From NCBI RefSeq assembly GCF_006345805.1, contig NC_043004.1, positions 30,318,001 through 30,382,000 on the forward strand: 64,000 nucleotides of DNA, given 5' to 3'. The DNA comes from Octopus sinensis (Eukaryota). Positions within the stretch are counted from its first letter, which is position 1. The number at the start of each line of letters is the position of its first letter. Below, in pieces: positions 39,181 to 52,459 of this stretch. Below the pieces are notes generated by a model that searched no databases, had not been told where the DNA came from, and worked only from the letters and a program-made list of their open reading frames with translations. Made by a program: the position numbers and the translations under genes.

Positions 39181-40208
39181 TAATATATATAAATATGATC
39201 CAAGGATCTGAGTGTAGGAAGTTCATAAGCTTCAAACAGTAGGCATCTAATATAGAGAACAAGAAGTGGACAGAATATGATAAGATACAATAACAAATTA
39301 TTGACATCAAAAGTTGCAAAGAAACTTGATAAGCTGATAGCTTCTGTACAGCTCTCTGTTAGCAACTATTGCTACTAAAAATGCAAATAAATTCCAATTT
39401 GTTTTCTAGTACAAGTTTACTTTGATGTGTTATGCGTCTTTTTCTAAATTCATACAAATGACCTCAAAAAAACTGACACACATACATGTTCATACATACA
39501 TACATACATACATACACATACATACATACATACATACATACATACATACATACATACATACATGCATGCATGCATGCATGCATGTATGTATGTATGTGAT
39601 GGACTTCTTCCAGTTTCTATCTACCAAATCCACTAACAAAGCTTGGTAAGACTTGGAGATATAATAGAAGCCCCAGATTAACCAAGATGGAGTGCAGATG
39701 GATTGAACCGATGGCCATATGGCTGGGAAGCGAGCTACTTAACCACACAGCTATGCCTGTACCTTACAAAAAGGCAAGACAAAAATAGGAAAAGACAAGA
39801 AGACCGTCGTTAATAAATAAAGTGAAATTCCTTCTTTAAACGAGCTCGTGCATGTAATCTATTGTAATTAAGAAACACCAATACATAAACCATTATTAAA
39901 AAGATGGAATCAAGACTGGATTTCTGACAGCACGAGATCAATTAAATTTATTGAATCTTCATAACTGATGTAATATCATGATTAATTGTTTTGCTTTACT
40001 TTTTATGATGACAGGTTAGACACAGTGAATGCTATGAATGTCTCTTTCTTTTTCTCTCCCTTTCTGTCAGCCTTTCTCCCTCTCTTTCTTTCTCTCTTTC
40101 TTTCTTTCTTCCTTCCTTCCTTCCTTTCTTCCTTCTTTCCTTCTCTCTCTTTATCTCTCTCTCACTCTCTGTCTGTCTCTGCCTGTCTGTCTGTCTCTGT
40201 CTCCCTTT

Positions 40209-40343
<135 letters not shown>

Positions 40344-40351
40344 ATGTACCC

Positions 40352-40542
40352 TTAACATAGTTCTCACGGAGATTCAGCATGACACAGAGTGTGACAAGGC
40401 TGGCCCTTTTTTGAAATACAGGTACTACTCATTTTTGCCGGCTGAGTGGACTGGAGCAACATGAAATAAGGACACAATGCATCACCAGGAATTGAACTTA
40501 TGACTTTATGATTGTGAGCTGAATGCTCTAACCATGAAGCCA
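40352..40542 (-). mobile_element. CORE-like SINE carrying the 3' module of the 24126 SINE
   Basis: Minus strand: tRNA head, ccagtccactcagccggcaaaaatgagt core, then gtacctgtatttcaaaaagggccagccttgtcacactctgtgtcatgctgaat as at 24326-24400. Confidence 0.62.
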
Positions 40543-41087
40543 TGTGCCTTCAGATATGTGTGTGTGTGTGTGCATATATATATTTATATTTATATATATA
40601 TATATATATGGTCAGAAAAATTGATTGTCTGTCTGAGATTGAAAGAATGTTTTTAAAAATAAGATGGAGGTTAGGACAATACAAAAACAACAACACAAAC
40701 ATATGAAACCAAAACAACAACAATAGCAATAGTAATGTTAATGACAACAATAGTGACAATAACAATAACAACAGTGATAACCACAACATCTCTCACACAA
40801 ATAATTACAACAACACAAACATGAAACAAAAACAAGAATAATTATAATAACTATAACAACAACAACAATGACAATACCAACAATATTTGCAACACCCCAC
40901 ACACAGACAACAATACGAAACATAACATCATCCACACCACCAACACCCCCCACATCACTAGCAACAATAATCACAACAACAACAATAATAACAATGAACA
41001 CAATACAACCACCACCATCAGTAACCATAACAACAACAACCACAATGATAGTAACACTAGTAGCACCCTACACTCTGTTTTCTATAA

Positions 41088-41650
41088 CCCCAACAACATA
41101 TCATACGATATGATGAACCCTTCAACAAAAAGGTATGTATCCCACCACAGACTGGCAGTGAGATAGAGGCAAAGATTTCCTTAGCTAGAAATAGACTCCA
41201 ACACATCTTAGACCAATATAACAAAACCACTAAAAATTATTATGTGGTGGACAGCCACCAACTCAGTTCATCTGTTGCCAAAAGCCTAGAAAAACTGAAA
41301 CAAGGAATCAGGAACAGGGAATTAGTGTGGCTCCCCATGGACAAGTCCGGCAGACTGTTGATAGACAGCCCACAGAACTATGTCCAGGCCATACAACAAC
41401 ACATCAGTAGCATGAGAGAAGTTGCACCACAGGAACATGAAAGAGTGGAAAGACTTCTCAAAGCACACATGGGAATGTGGTGCAACATACCCCAACGCAA
41501 GAAACAGAATGCACAAGATTTCCAAGCATTCAACAATGATGTTCCTATGCTATACAGTTTATGTAAGGACCATAAACCCTATGTAAACCCTGTTATGGGG
41601 CCTCAACCCGACCAGTTTGTGGAGCGAATATTTCCAGCAATTACAGGCTA
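41088..41650 (+). mobile_element. Penelope-like element RT N-terminal fragment
   Basis: Open frame from about 41088 includes VWLPMDKSGRLLI...NY and VPMLYSLCKDHKP; after a 1-nt shift it reads TRPVCGA. These match the DK(G/S)..V, P.LY.L.K.HK and RP motifs of Penelope-like RTs; truncated by an (AC)/(ATAC) microsatellite. Confidence 0.72.
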
Positions 41651-42564
41651 TTCTACTCATACACACACAAATCTATACAACCTTCAACAGTGTAACAGTC
41701 ATATATACAACTTGAACAGACACACATATCAGTACATAAACATACGTTCACATGTACATACACATATACACACACACAGATACATCTACACACTTAGATA
41801 CCTATATACTCACATATATACATAAGTACATACATATATATACACACATACATACATACATACATACACACATACATACATACATACATACATACATACA
41901 TACATACATACATACATACATACATACATACATACATACATACATACATACATACATACATACATACATACATACATACATACGTATATGTATATCATGA
42001 ACTAACTGTTACTTTCTCAGATGCAGCACAGAATTTTGTCAGTGAGCAGGTCACGGTCTCAAAGCGACAAAAATATTTTGACAAATTGAATTCAAATGTT
42101 GAGGTGAATCTAACGGTCTTTTTGTGTTTGTGCTTTTAAATGACTTATAAACACCTTCCATGCTGAAATTGTATATATATGTAGGTAAATGGATATGTAA
42201 GTAAACCGATAAATATGTAGATAGATAAGTACATAGGTAATACGAACAGACAAGCACACACATACACACACACACATACACACATACATACACAAAAGAA
42301 GACTGAAACATATGACCATACACACACACACACAAAGACACACATGGAGACACATATCCATACATAACAGATGCACGTATACAGTCACACAAACTCATAC
42401 ACATAGACACACTTAAACATGTACACACAAGGAGACAGAGTTACACACACAAATACACAGACACACAAACACATAAACACACAAGCATGAACACACAAAC
42501 ATGAAAACACATGAATATGCAGAATACATACATACAAACGTACAGGTATACATATATATATATA

Positions 42565-42750
42565 TATTTCTTTACTACCCACAAGGGGCTAAACACTGAG
42601 GGGACAAACAAGGACAGACAAACGGATTAAGTCGATTATATCGACCCCAGTGCGTAACTGGTACTTAATTTATCGACCCTGAAAGGATGAAAGGCAAAGT
42701 CGACCTCGGCGGAATTTGAACTCAGAACGTAATGGCAGACAAAATACTGC
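42565..42750 (-). mobile_element. Short SINE with RTE-5'UTR-like core (OR1-like tail)
   Basis: Minus strand ttctgagttcaaattccgccgaggtcgactttgcctttcatcctttcagggtcgataaattaagtacc...gtagtaaagaaa; near identical to 52460-52687. Confidence 0.75.
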
Positions 42751-43423
42751 ACATATATATATATATGCATACACACACACGTGCGTATATGCATACATAC
42801 ATATATACATACATACATACATACATACATATGCAGACTGATGCACTCACATGTGCACAAACAAACACAAAAAAAGAATGCAGCTCTGATAATGGACAGA
42901 GTCAACGACTATTGAAGAGGTTGCCAGAAGCAATGAAAATTTTAGAAAATATGAATAAACGAGTGGAAATGGAACTGATGAGTGTGTTAATTAATAAGGC
43001 ATTAAAACGGAATGACTCTCCCTAAACACAGTAATATGCTTGTGTGCTTGTGTTTGACCCCCATCCAATGCCAGACAACTGGTGTTAGTGTGTTTATGTA
43101 CCCGTAACTAAGCAGTTCAGCAAAAAAAAACTGATAGAATAAGTATTAGGTTTAAATAAAAGCCCTGGATTGACTGAAACCCTCTCTATCTTTTGGAGAG
43201 GCACAAGCACCTACATGCACATATACACACACGGCAGTAACTTCCGCCTGCCGAATTCAATCACAAAGCTCCGGTCGGCTCGGGGCTATAGCAGAAGACA
43301 CGTACCCAAAGTGCCACACAGTGGGACTGAACCCGAAACCATGTAGCTAGAAAGCAAGCTCCCTAACCACACAGCCATGCTCGAGTTGAGGGAATGAGAG
43401 AACAAAAAAGCAACAGGTGGAAT

Positions 43424-43629
43424 TGCACTTCAACAGGCACCTGCAATTCACATGTATATTATATTTTGAAAGCACATATCCATCCACTGATTCATATGTC
43501 TATTCATTCATCCATGCATTGATTCGTTGACCTACACGGATCAATGGACGGATGAATGAATTGCCCCAGATCTAGTCACTTCCTTAAACATGAAAAGTGA
43601 AATTTTTGGATGCTACCCTCATAAATACA
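43424..43629. repeat. Unclassified 205-bp repeat, copy 1 (contains a 26-bp hairpin)
   Basis: Direct repeat of 46325-46524 with only scattered substitutions; no TIR, tRNA head or tail. Confidence 0.85.
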
Positions 43630-44102
43630 TATCGGTTTCAAATTTTGGCACAAGGCCAGCAATTTTAGAGGATGGAGGTAAGTTGATTACATCAACCCCA
43701 GTGTTCAACCAGTACTTCTTTTATGAACTCCAAATGGATGAAAGGCAAAGTTGACCATGACAGGATTTGAACTTGGAATGTGAAGACGGATGAAATATCA
43801 CTAGGTGTTTAGCCTGGCAGACAAACAATTCTGTACATAAATTTTATTAATGGAACTAATTAATTTGTTATTTTCCTCTCTTGGAGCCATTTCCTGCACC
43901 CACCCCTCGCCTCAGTCCACAAACAACTACTACTACTACTGCTGCTGCTGCTGCAGCTGCTACTGCTGCTGCTACTGCTGTAGGTGCCACCGCTGCTGAT
44001 ATAGCTACCACTATTAATGCTACTGCTGCCAGTTCTGTTGCTTCTACCACAGCTTCTACAACTGGTTCTGCTGCTGCTGCTGCTTGTACAACAGCAACAA
44101 AA

Positions 44103-44134
<32 letters not shown>

Positions 44135-45861
44135 ATCAAATCTCACATAAATCATGCACTACTGTCTTAAAAAGGAAGAACATATTGTGTGATGTAGTCA
44201 TTTTGATTTTTACTTAAAGGTGAGATGGTCACAGCTGGAATATCTTTAATACCTTGGTCTGTTCCAATCATGGCTGATCTGAAGCTAAACAACAACACCA
44301 ACAACTAAAACTGCCACAACTGCTAATGAGAGAAATACAAGGCAGACCAAACTTTGATGTAATGAAATATCTTAAATCAGCACCAACTTCAGAGACTCTG
44401 TATATTATTGATAGCACCATTGTTTTGCCAAAAACTGAGTTTTAGGATTTAATTATTCCACATTCCTGGCAATAATCCATATTAATTCTTCTTTTGGTAC
44501 TCTTTTAGTTTTAGCTTTTTGCTTTTGTTTGTTTTCTTGTTGTTTTCTTCTGCCAGAAATATGAAAAATAAAAGTAAAAGACTGGCCCCAGAAAATATTG
44601 TAAGTGAGAGGTGTCAATTGTATGAACCCAAGAACCTTCACTGACTTCATAACAAGAATTAATGGCTAAAACGTCTTTGCATTATCATAAATTCTGTGGT
44701 TGAGACTAACAGTCTCCACTAGGAATTATTGTTTTCTCTGCTGGAATATACTGCCTAAGAGGTTAGAATTATGGTGGAACTAAAAGAAAGCAACTAAAAA
44801 AGAAAAAGTAAACTAAGAGTGGCAACTCTTTTGTTAAATTTCCTTTGAAATACACTGCATTCATTTTAATTAATTTTGAAAATAACGAAGCATTTACTAC
44901 AATAAATTTGTAATTATTAAGGTGATGATTGGATCATAAATTCATATGAAATTTTGATGAAAGGTTTTAACCTAGATCCCTTGGAAACAAAAAGAAATTA
45001 TGACAAACCCAGAGGCAGTTTCAGGTAGGTTGGTATCAAGAGCGTTTATACTTAACTTTTGTTATTGATTGCTGCCAGCACCATGGTCTAGATTGGTCCA
45101 GCAAATTCTTTATCTCAACTATGACAAGATTTGTGATTGTTCACCAGTAATGGAAAAATTTAGCAATGTACTATTTCTAAGACTAACACCTTTAAAATTT
45201 AATTAGGTTATTTTAAAAGACAATGTAGACTAACTTTAATCCACTTCACTCACGACTTACTTTACAAACAATCACATCACAATAAGGTTGCTTGTACATA
45301 GCAGAATACAATCTACAGGGTTTTAGTAGAAAGAACTTACATTACAAATCTATTGTACAGACCGTATCATTGTTTGTGATAACAAAGGAACATTAATTAA
45401 CGTTCTTTGATGGCCATCACGTTATTGTTTTCACAGAGATTATTAAGTTGTAAGTGAACTAAACACAGGGTAGTATATGTATGTGTGTAGATATATATAT
45501 ATACGTACACACACACAAACATATATATATATATAATCATCATCATCAAAAGAAAGTGAGAAAATGGAAATATAGCATTTAATAAAAATTTATCATCTGC
45601 AAAAATCAAACATAATCCCTTACAGCTGTTTCAATTAAGCCTAAAAGATTACATAGCAATTATCAAAATCATTATATTAGGCAAAATGTTTTCAAAGGGG
45701 TAGAAAAATGATAGACCATTAGATTTTTATGTGTTGCATTTTAGAATCATCACAGCAGACTTATGTGTGTTTGTATATATAGATATACATATACACATAC
45801 ATATATGTATATATGTATATGTATATATATTTATTTATATACATACACACATACATGTATG

Positions 45862-45893
<32 letters not shown>

Positions 45894-45898
45894 TACAT

Positions 45899-45978
<80 letters not shown>

Positions 45979-46324
45979 TTATTCATACACACACACACAC
46001 TTATTAATATTCATGTTCATTGTTGTAACCACTTCCACCTAATTACAGCCAATGGATGGATGCAACATTGAACACAGTATTCCAGGCTTCATGTCTTTTT
46101 GATTTCTGATGCCAACACTGTATGCTGTATCTATTGAACTCATTCTTTGATAATTAGCATAAACCAGTGTGGTGTTGGCTTTGTTATTTATTGTTACAAC
46201 ATAATCATACATCATACTACTAAAGATTAATTTCTGTTTACTGTAGCAATTAGTTACAATAATGAATACAGTTATGATGGTATGAAGTTGTCATATAATA
46301 TACACATATATGTATACATCGATA

Positions 46325-46524
46325 TGCACTTCAACAGGCACCTGCAATTCACGTGTATATTATATTTTGAAAGCACATACCCATCCACTGATCCATACAT
46401 CTATTCATTCATCCATGCATTGATTCGTTGACCTACATGGATCAATGGATAGATGAATGCCCCAGATCTAGTCACTTCCCTAAACATGAAAAGTGAAATT
46501 GTTGGATGCTACCCTCATAAATAC
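46325..46524. repeat. Unclassified 205-bp repeat, copy 2
   Basis: tgcacttcaacaggcacctgcaattc ... ggatgctaccctcataaatac, 2901 bp after copy 1, with different flanks. Confidence 0.85.
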
Positions 46525-46918
46525 AAATCTGTTTAGGTGACAGTCATGTCCCCTTTTGAACTTGAGTATGATACACACACATCCTACACACTTCTTCCAT
46601 TGTTAATACCAATCCATGTGGAATAACTCTTTCATTTTTCCTTTTCATTTTGCCTTAGTTTTTCATACCCAAACGCTCATTCCAATTTTTTCCCTAAGTT
46701 TCATTCCTGCTCCTTGCTACCACAAAGTGAACTTATTATCTATGCACCTTCAACACTAAAAAAGTTATACACTTCTGATCAGCATATCTGAAGAGTTGTA
46801 TAATCACAATATTTAGTGTGAAACCAATGGTAACATTCTGACCAGTTATATGACATAACCAGTAATATGTTGCTTGGTGACATACACAAAAATAGCTGTC
46901 AATCTGCCTGTCTACCTA

Positions 46919-46972
<54 letters not shown>

Positions 46973-47785
46973 TGTCTGTCTGTCTATCTATCTAGTTATT
47001 AGCGAGGGATTATCAATTCCCGCAAAATACTTTATAGGCTCTCTGTTAGTACACCAGACTAACAATATTGTTTAGATTAGTAAAGAACTCTGCATATTCT
47101 TGTGGCAGTGTCTGAAGTTATAGTTCATCACCATTCTGTGTTGTAAATCCATGGTTGCACTTCAGTTATACCAGTTTTTACTCATACACATGCACACACG
47201 TGCGCGCACACACACACACAAATACGCACACACACATACACACACACACACAGAGTCATTACCATTGAGAGTTTGTTCTAATAAAGTTTCTAACTTCTAA
47301 TCATTGATGGGGGATAACAAAAGGGGCTGAAGTGATGTACTGAAATAACATGAAGCTGATTCAGCTTGTGAAAACTGGATCTGTAACATGGCCATGGCCC
47401 ACTGTAAATGGTTTTTGTGCTAGATCTAAATGTTATCAACATCAGCATCTACAAAAACAATAATAATAGTTTCCGATTTAAGCACAAGACCAGCAATTTT
47501 GAGGGTTAGTTGATACCAGCAACACTGGTACCTGAATGGTATTGTATTTTATTGGTTCCCCACCCCACCACCTAAAAGGTGAAAGATTAAGTTGATTTCT
47601 GTGGGATTTGAACTCAGAATGTATTGAACCAGAACAAATCCTATAAAGCTTTTTTTCCAATGAAGTAATGATTCTGCCAGTCTGTTGTCTTAGAACAATA
47701 ATAAGAAGAACAACTATGAAACTGTGACATCTACAACAAAACAACAACAACCACAATAACCTCAATAGTATTTATGAGTAAATAC

Positions 47786-47952
47786 AGGTGCAGGAGTAGC
47801 TGGGTGGTAAGTAGCTTGCTTACTAACCACATGGTTCCAGGTTCAGTCTCACTGCGTGGCGCCTTGGGCAAGTGTCTTCTACTATAGCCTCAGGCCGACC
47901 AAAGCCTTATGAGTGGATTTGGTAGACGGAAACTGAAAGAAGCACGTCGTAG

Positions 47953-47996
<44 letters not shown>

Positions 47997-48212
47997 ATAT
48001 GTATGTGTGTCTGTGTTTGTCTCCCCCAACATTGCTTGACAACCGATGCTGGTGTGTTTACATCCCCGTAACTTAGCGGTTCATCAAAGAGACTGATAGA
48101 CTAAGTACTAGGCTTACAAAGAATAAGTCCTGGGGTCGAGTTGCTCAACTAAAGGTGGTACTCCAGCATGGCCACAGTCAAATAACTGAAACAAGCAAAA
48201 GAGTAAAAGAGT
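47786..48212 (+). mobile_element. tRNA-derived SINE (OK-like), full length
   Basis: aggtgcaggagtagctgggtggtaagtagcttgc head; tail aaaagagtaaaagagtaa. Confidence 0.82.
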
Positions 48213-48385
48213 AATTTGGTAAAGTTTGTGTGTCCAGCTTGATGCTAGAGAGACATTACATTACATGGCATCATACTACACTAGACTGCATTAGATTGCA
48301 TCATATTTACTCTACATTTCACTTCCTTGCATTACGTTATGCTCCCCAACACTATTCTACACTATACTGCATAATTATATACTGT

Positions 48386-48778
48386 ACTAGCAGTATCGCC
48401 CAGCGTTGCTCGGGTTTGTTTCGACCCTTTAGAATTAGAATTTTTGGAAAGTAAAAATTTTGTATTATGTAGCTTATTATTCTCTTTAAGTGAACATTTT
48501 TCTGGTTGAAATACACCGAAAAATGGCAACACAGCAGTAAAAAGATTGTAAAAAATAGGGATTTTCATAGAAAAGAAGCACCTTTTTGATGTAAATAATT
48601 TTTGGTGTTAACATGGTCCGATTTGAATTTTTCTTCTATGGAATGAAGAGCAATCCTTTTTCTATCATACTCTCAATTTTGGTCAACTTGCACTGCAGGG
48701 TCTCGGAGAAGAAAGTGTTAGTTGAAGGCTGCCAAACCTGCCTTACACAGACAACTTCAGCTTTATATATATATATAG
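48386..48778 (+). mobile_element. Non-autonomous Helitron/Helentron-like (DINE-1-type) element
   Basis: Starts ACTAGC with a GC hairpin cccagcgttgctcggg and ends cagacaacttcagctttatatatatatag, the layout known for insect DINE-1/HINE-type elements; class assignment is inference. Confidence 0.55.
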
Positions 48779-49473
48779 CGATTTGCACAGTGGGCAAAAT
48801 GTTTTGTGGCATTTTGTCTGTCTTTACATTCAAAATTCAAATTTGGCCAAGGTCAACTTTGCCTTTATCCTTTCGGGGGTTAATAAAATAAGTACCAGTT
48901 GAATACTGGGGGTATGGGAGTGTGTGATATAATTGATTTAACCCTGCTTCCAAAACTGCCGGCCTTGTGCTAAAATTTGAAACCAGTATTAAATTCTAAA
49001 AAGGCAGTGAGCTGACAAAATGATTAGCAGGCTAGGTAAAATACTTAGTGGCATTTTGACCATCTTTACATTCTGAGTTCAAATTCTGTTGGGGTCGACT
49101 TTGCCTGTCATCCTTTTGGAAGTCAACAAAATAATTACCAGTTGTGCACTGGGGGTAATTAATATAACTGATTTAACCCCCTTACCCAAATTGCTGGCAT
49201 AATGCCGAAGTTTGAAAAACCAATATTACACCATGCTACATATATAAGTATGCTCCATACTGCACTACATCAGACTACTCCACATAGCATCTTGATTATT
49301 TAAAAGATTATTTATAAATTCTGTAAAATTCATTGTTAAACACTTTACTACCACCACCACCAACAACAACAACAACGACTGCTGATTTACTACATTAGCC
49401 CAATTAACTTTGTGCAGACCAATTTCATTGATAACAGTGACTTGTGTAAAACTAAAATGAAACAGAGACTTAC

Positions 49474-49549
49474 TTGCTGGGTTTATAATATACGCAGCTA
49501 CAATAGTAAGCTGGAACCATACAGTATGCAGAATCAACTGACCAGTCAT
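49474..49549 (-). CDS. Probable first coding exon (signal peptide) of the CUB-domain protein; full exon 49474-49582
   Basis: Acceptor gtatttacag|GTACAA at 49582 and donor CCAGCAA|GTAAGT at 49474. ATG at 49549 gives MTGQLILHTVWFQLTIVAAYIINPA plus 1 nt (phase 1), a hydrophobic core ending VAA. Splicing to the 6236 exon gives ACT (Thr) and the continuous frame INPATSECHEIF. The link across a 43-kb intron is inferred. Confidence 0.68.
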
Positions 49550-49741
49550 ATTTCTAACACTGCCATCATCCTGACTTTGTACCTGTAAATACACAGAATT
49601 TCTTTGGTTAAAATCGACAAAAAATATTTTTTAAAATTTCACCATCTCTCCAATGCTCTGTGGATATGTAAGTACAAACATAACATAAATATACACAAAT
49701 TCAGATGCAATCCCTCCTCTCTCTCTCTCCCTATATATATG

Positions 49742-49811
<70 letters not shown>

Positions 49812-49848
49812 GATAGATAGACAGACAGACAGACATACAGACAGACAA

Positions 49849-49880
<32 letters not shown>

Positions 49881-49885
49881 ATAGA

Positions 49886-50107
49886 TAGAAAAATTAAAAG
49901 AAAAGTTTTTTTAAAGGAATATTTGTATAGTGTTCAAATATAAGTGGCATTTTCCTTGTTTTTGCCTTTCTCTGTCTCTCTTGTTTACACTTGTGTAAAC
50001 AAGTGTAAACAAGAGAGACAGAGACAGGCAGAAACAAGGAAAATGCCACTTATATTTGAACACTATACAAATATTCCTTTAAAAAAACATTTCTTTTAAT
50101 TTTTCTA
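49886..50107. repeat. Near-perfect 222-bp palindrome (about 108-bp arms, 6-nt loop)
   Basis: tagaaaaattaaaagaaa...cttgtttacacttg [tgtaaa] caagtgtaaacaag...tttcttttaatttttcta; only a few mismatches. Confidence 0.92.
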
Positions 50108-50254
50108 AATTTAATTATTTAATCGTTACAGTTGAAAAGGTCTCAAAATGACTGAAACCGGTACTGAAATGTTCTTTATAAAATTATTTTAGCATTTTCT
50201 ATTTTGACTTATTTTTTCATATATATCAACTCGTGTGTTCCTTTTCATCCTTAT

Positions 50255-50330
<76 letters not shown>

Positions 50331-50394
50331 GAAAATTAAGAAATGAGTTAACATATATATTACACAAAAGCATTCAATACAGAACTGCTAATGT

Positions 50395-50618
50395 TTAACC
50401 CTTTAGCACTTAAACCACATCTGGCCCAAATATTCTACTTGCTTTATTTTCAAACTGGCCAGATCTGGTCTCTCACACTTAACCTACAATGTTGTTCAAA
50501 ATAAATAATTGCATTGTCGAAATCTCAAAGCTACAAGATAATGCATGATTAAATACAAAACAATGTGAATAAAAAAGTATTACATTTAGACAAAGTAATC
50601 TGAATGATGAAAGATTAA
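50395..50618. mobile_element. piggyBac-like (TTAA) MITE
   Basis: ttaaccctttagca ... tgaaagattaa (degenerate AAAGGGTTAA). Confidence 0.55.
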
Positions 50619-50919
50619 TATAATACAGTCAAGAGTTTAAGATCTTGTGTGGCTATGGGCTGTTTCAGCAATTCTTATAATATTTCAGTGACACAATTCT
50701 TCTGATCACCTGCTTTCAGGTATCTTTATCTTCTGTCTTTGCACAAGAAGCTGGAAATCCTCACACGGTGAGAGATGGATAAGATAGGTAAAAACAGGTA
50801 TCTTGAATTAGTGTAATATGCAACAATTGCTTAAGTTCACAAAAACAGATTTTAGCCATATGAGATGATCTTACCTACTGCTACTGACTGCATTAAATAT
50901 ATTTATATATATGTATATA

Positions 50920-50950
<31 letters not shown>

Positions 50951-51482
50951 CAGAAATGAATTAATTCTCCACAAATGGACAACTGGGGATGTATAAAGAA
51001 CCAGTGAAAGGAAGGATGGCAATCTGAATTATGTCATTCCATATTAAATTAAAACAAAGTTAATTCAATCATTGCAAACACAATGTTTAAATATTTATAA
51101 ATGTTCAGTAAATCCATGAATAAAATAAAATAAAATAAATCTGTCTGAATATATACCCATTTAGATGAAATATATGCATGTGTGTGAGTATGGATATGTG
51201 TGATATCTATATCTATATATCTATATATATGTTTATATAGACAAAATGAAATATACAGATCTATTTTTGTTGCTTCTCTTCTGATAGCCATCAAATAAAT
51301 AATTGAATTTCTGTTTACTTTTCGTAATAATTCCTCTATTTTTCTTTTTTTTCAGTAAGAAGTATATTTTCAATGATATTAACTTGATACATTAACTGTC
51401 TTTAACAAAAGAGTTGAATGGAATGAATCTGAAGTGATGGAATGAATCCTTAATCGCATAACCATGTATGCATCTAGTAGGT

Positions 51483-51700
51483 GGTGGGGTGCTGAATAGT
51501 TCCTGGTTTTGGGTAAAAGAAAATACAGGCGGACCAGTTAATTATGATTTTTTCAACAATTTCTTCTCTCAGATTCACACATTTATTGTAGCAGTCCTTC
51601 TGTCTTTGTAAGCCCTGTAAGAGAACTTGGAAGGTGGGGGCCTCCAACCAGGCCTTTTGCGATACTCTTAAAGTAAGGAAATTTTCAGCAGCCCCTCATT
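51483..51700. mobile_element. Mariner-derived MITE
   Basis: ggggtgctgaatagttcctgg ... ggaaattttcagcagcccctc; reverse orientation relative to the 16550 copy. A sister copy lies at 52068-52260. Confidence 0.72.
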
Positions 51701-52459
51701 TATGTATTACCCATTCTACACAGCACATTCTTTGGATAACAGAACAGCAACTTTAACATCCAAAATGTATTTTCCCCTTATACTTTCTGTATCTTTTTCT
51801 TTCCAAAATAACTTCTTATATAATGAACTCTTCTACTTCATTCTATTGAAGCTCTCTTAACTCGTCTCTGACAATGGGATATCATTTATTTCCCTGAAAC
51901 AGCTGTAAGACCACCTTTCTCTTTATAAATGTCCAATAAATATCACAATGCTTGGCCTTGTTATCTTATTTTATTTAACACACATGCACACATGCACACA
52001 CACACATACACACACACACACACACGCACACACACACGCACAACACACAACACACACATATAATTACATGAGAGGGTGCTGAAAATTTCCTGGCTTTGGG
52101 TAAAAGAAAATACAGGAGGATCAGTTAAGATTTCATTCAATATATTCCCCTCTTAGATTCACACACTTATTGCAGTGATCCTTCAGTTTTTCTAAGCCCT
52201 GCAAAAGAACTCAGAAGGTTGGGTCTTTGACAATAACTTTAAAGCCAAGAAATTTTCATATAAATCCATCTATCCTTAATTCTACCTGATCTTTTTCATC
52301 CAACTTCAGGGTATGCTCTGACACCACATTATTGCAGTCTCTTTTCTGTCTTTCCAGCTGGGGTAGCCATATAGATCCTTTACAGCAAGATACCTGTTCG
52401 TGTCACTCTACATACTTCAATCTCTCATCATCAGATATTAAGCCAGTTCACTCAATACT

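Noticed and set aside
43881-44150. Thr/Ala-rich mucin-like ORF
   Set aside because: It is a degenerate (CTA/CTG)n trinucleotide tract, open on both strands, with no splice support.
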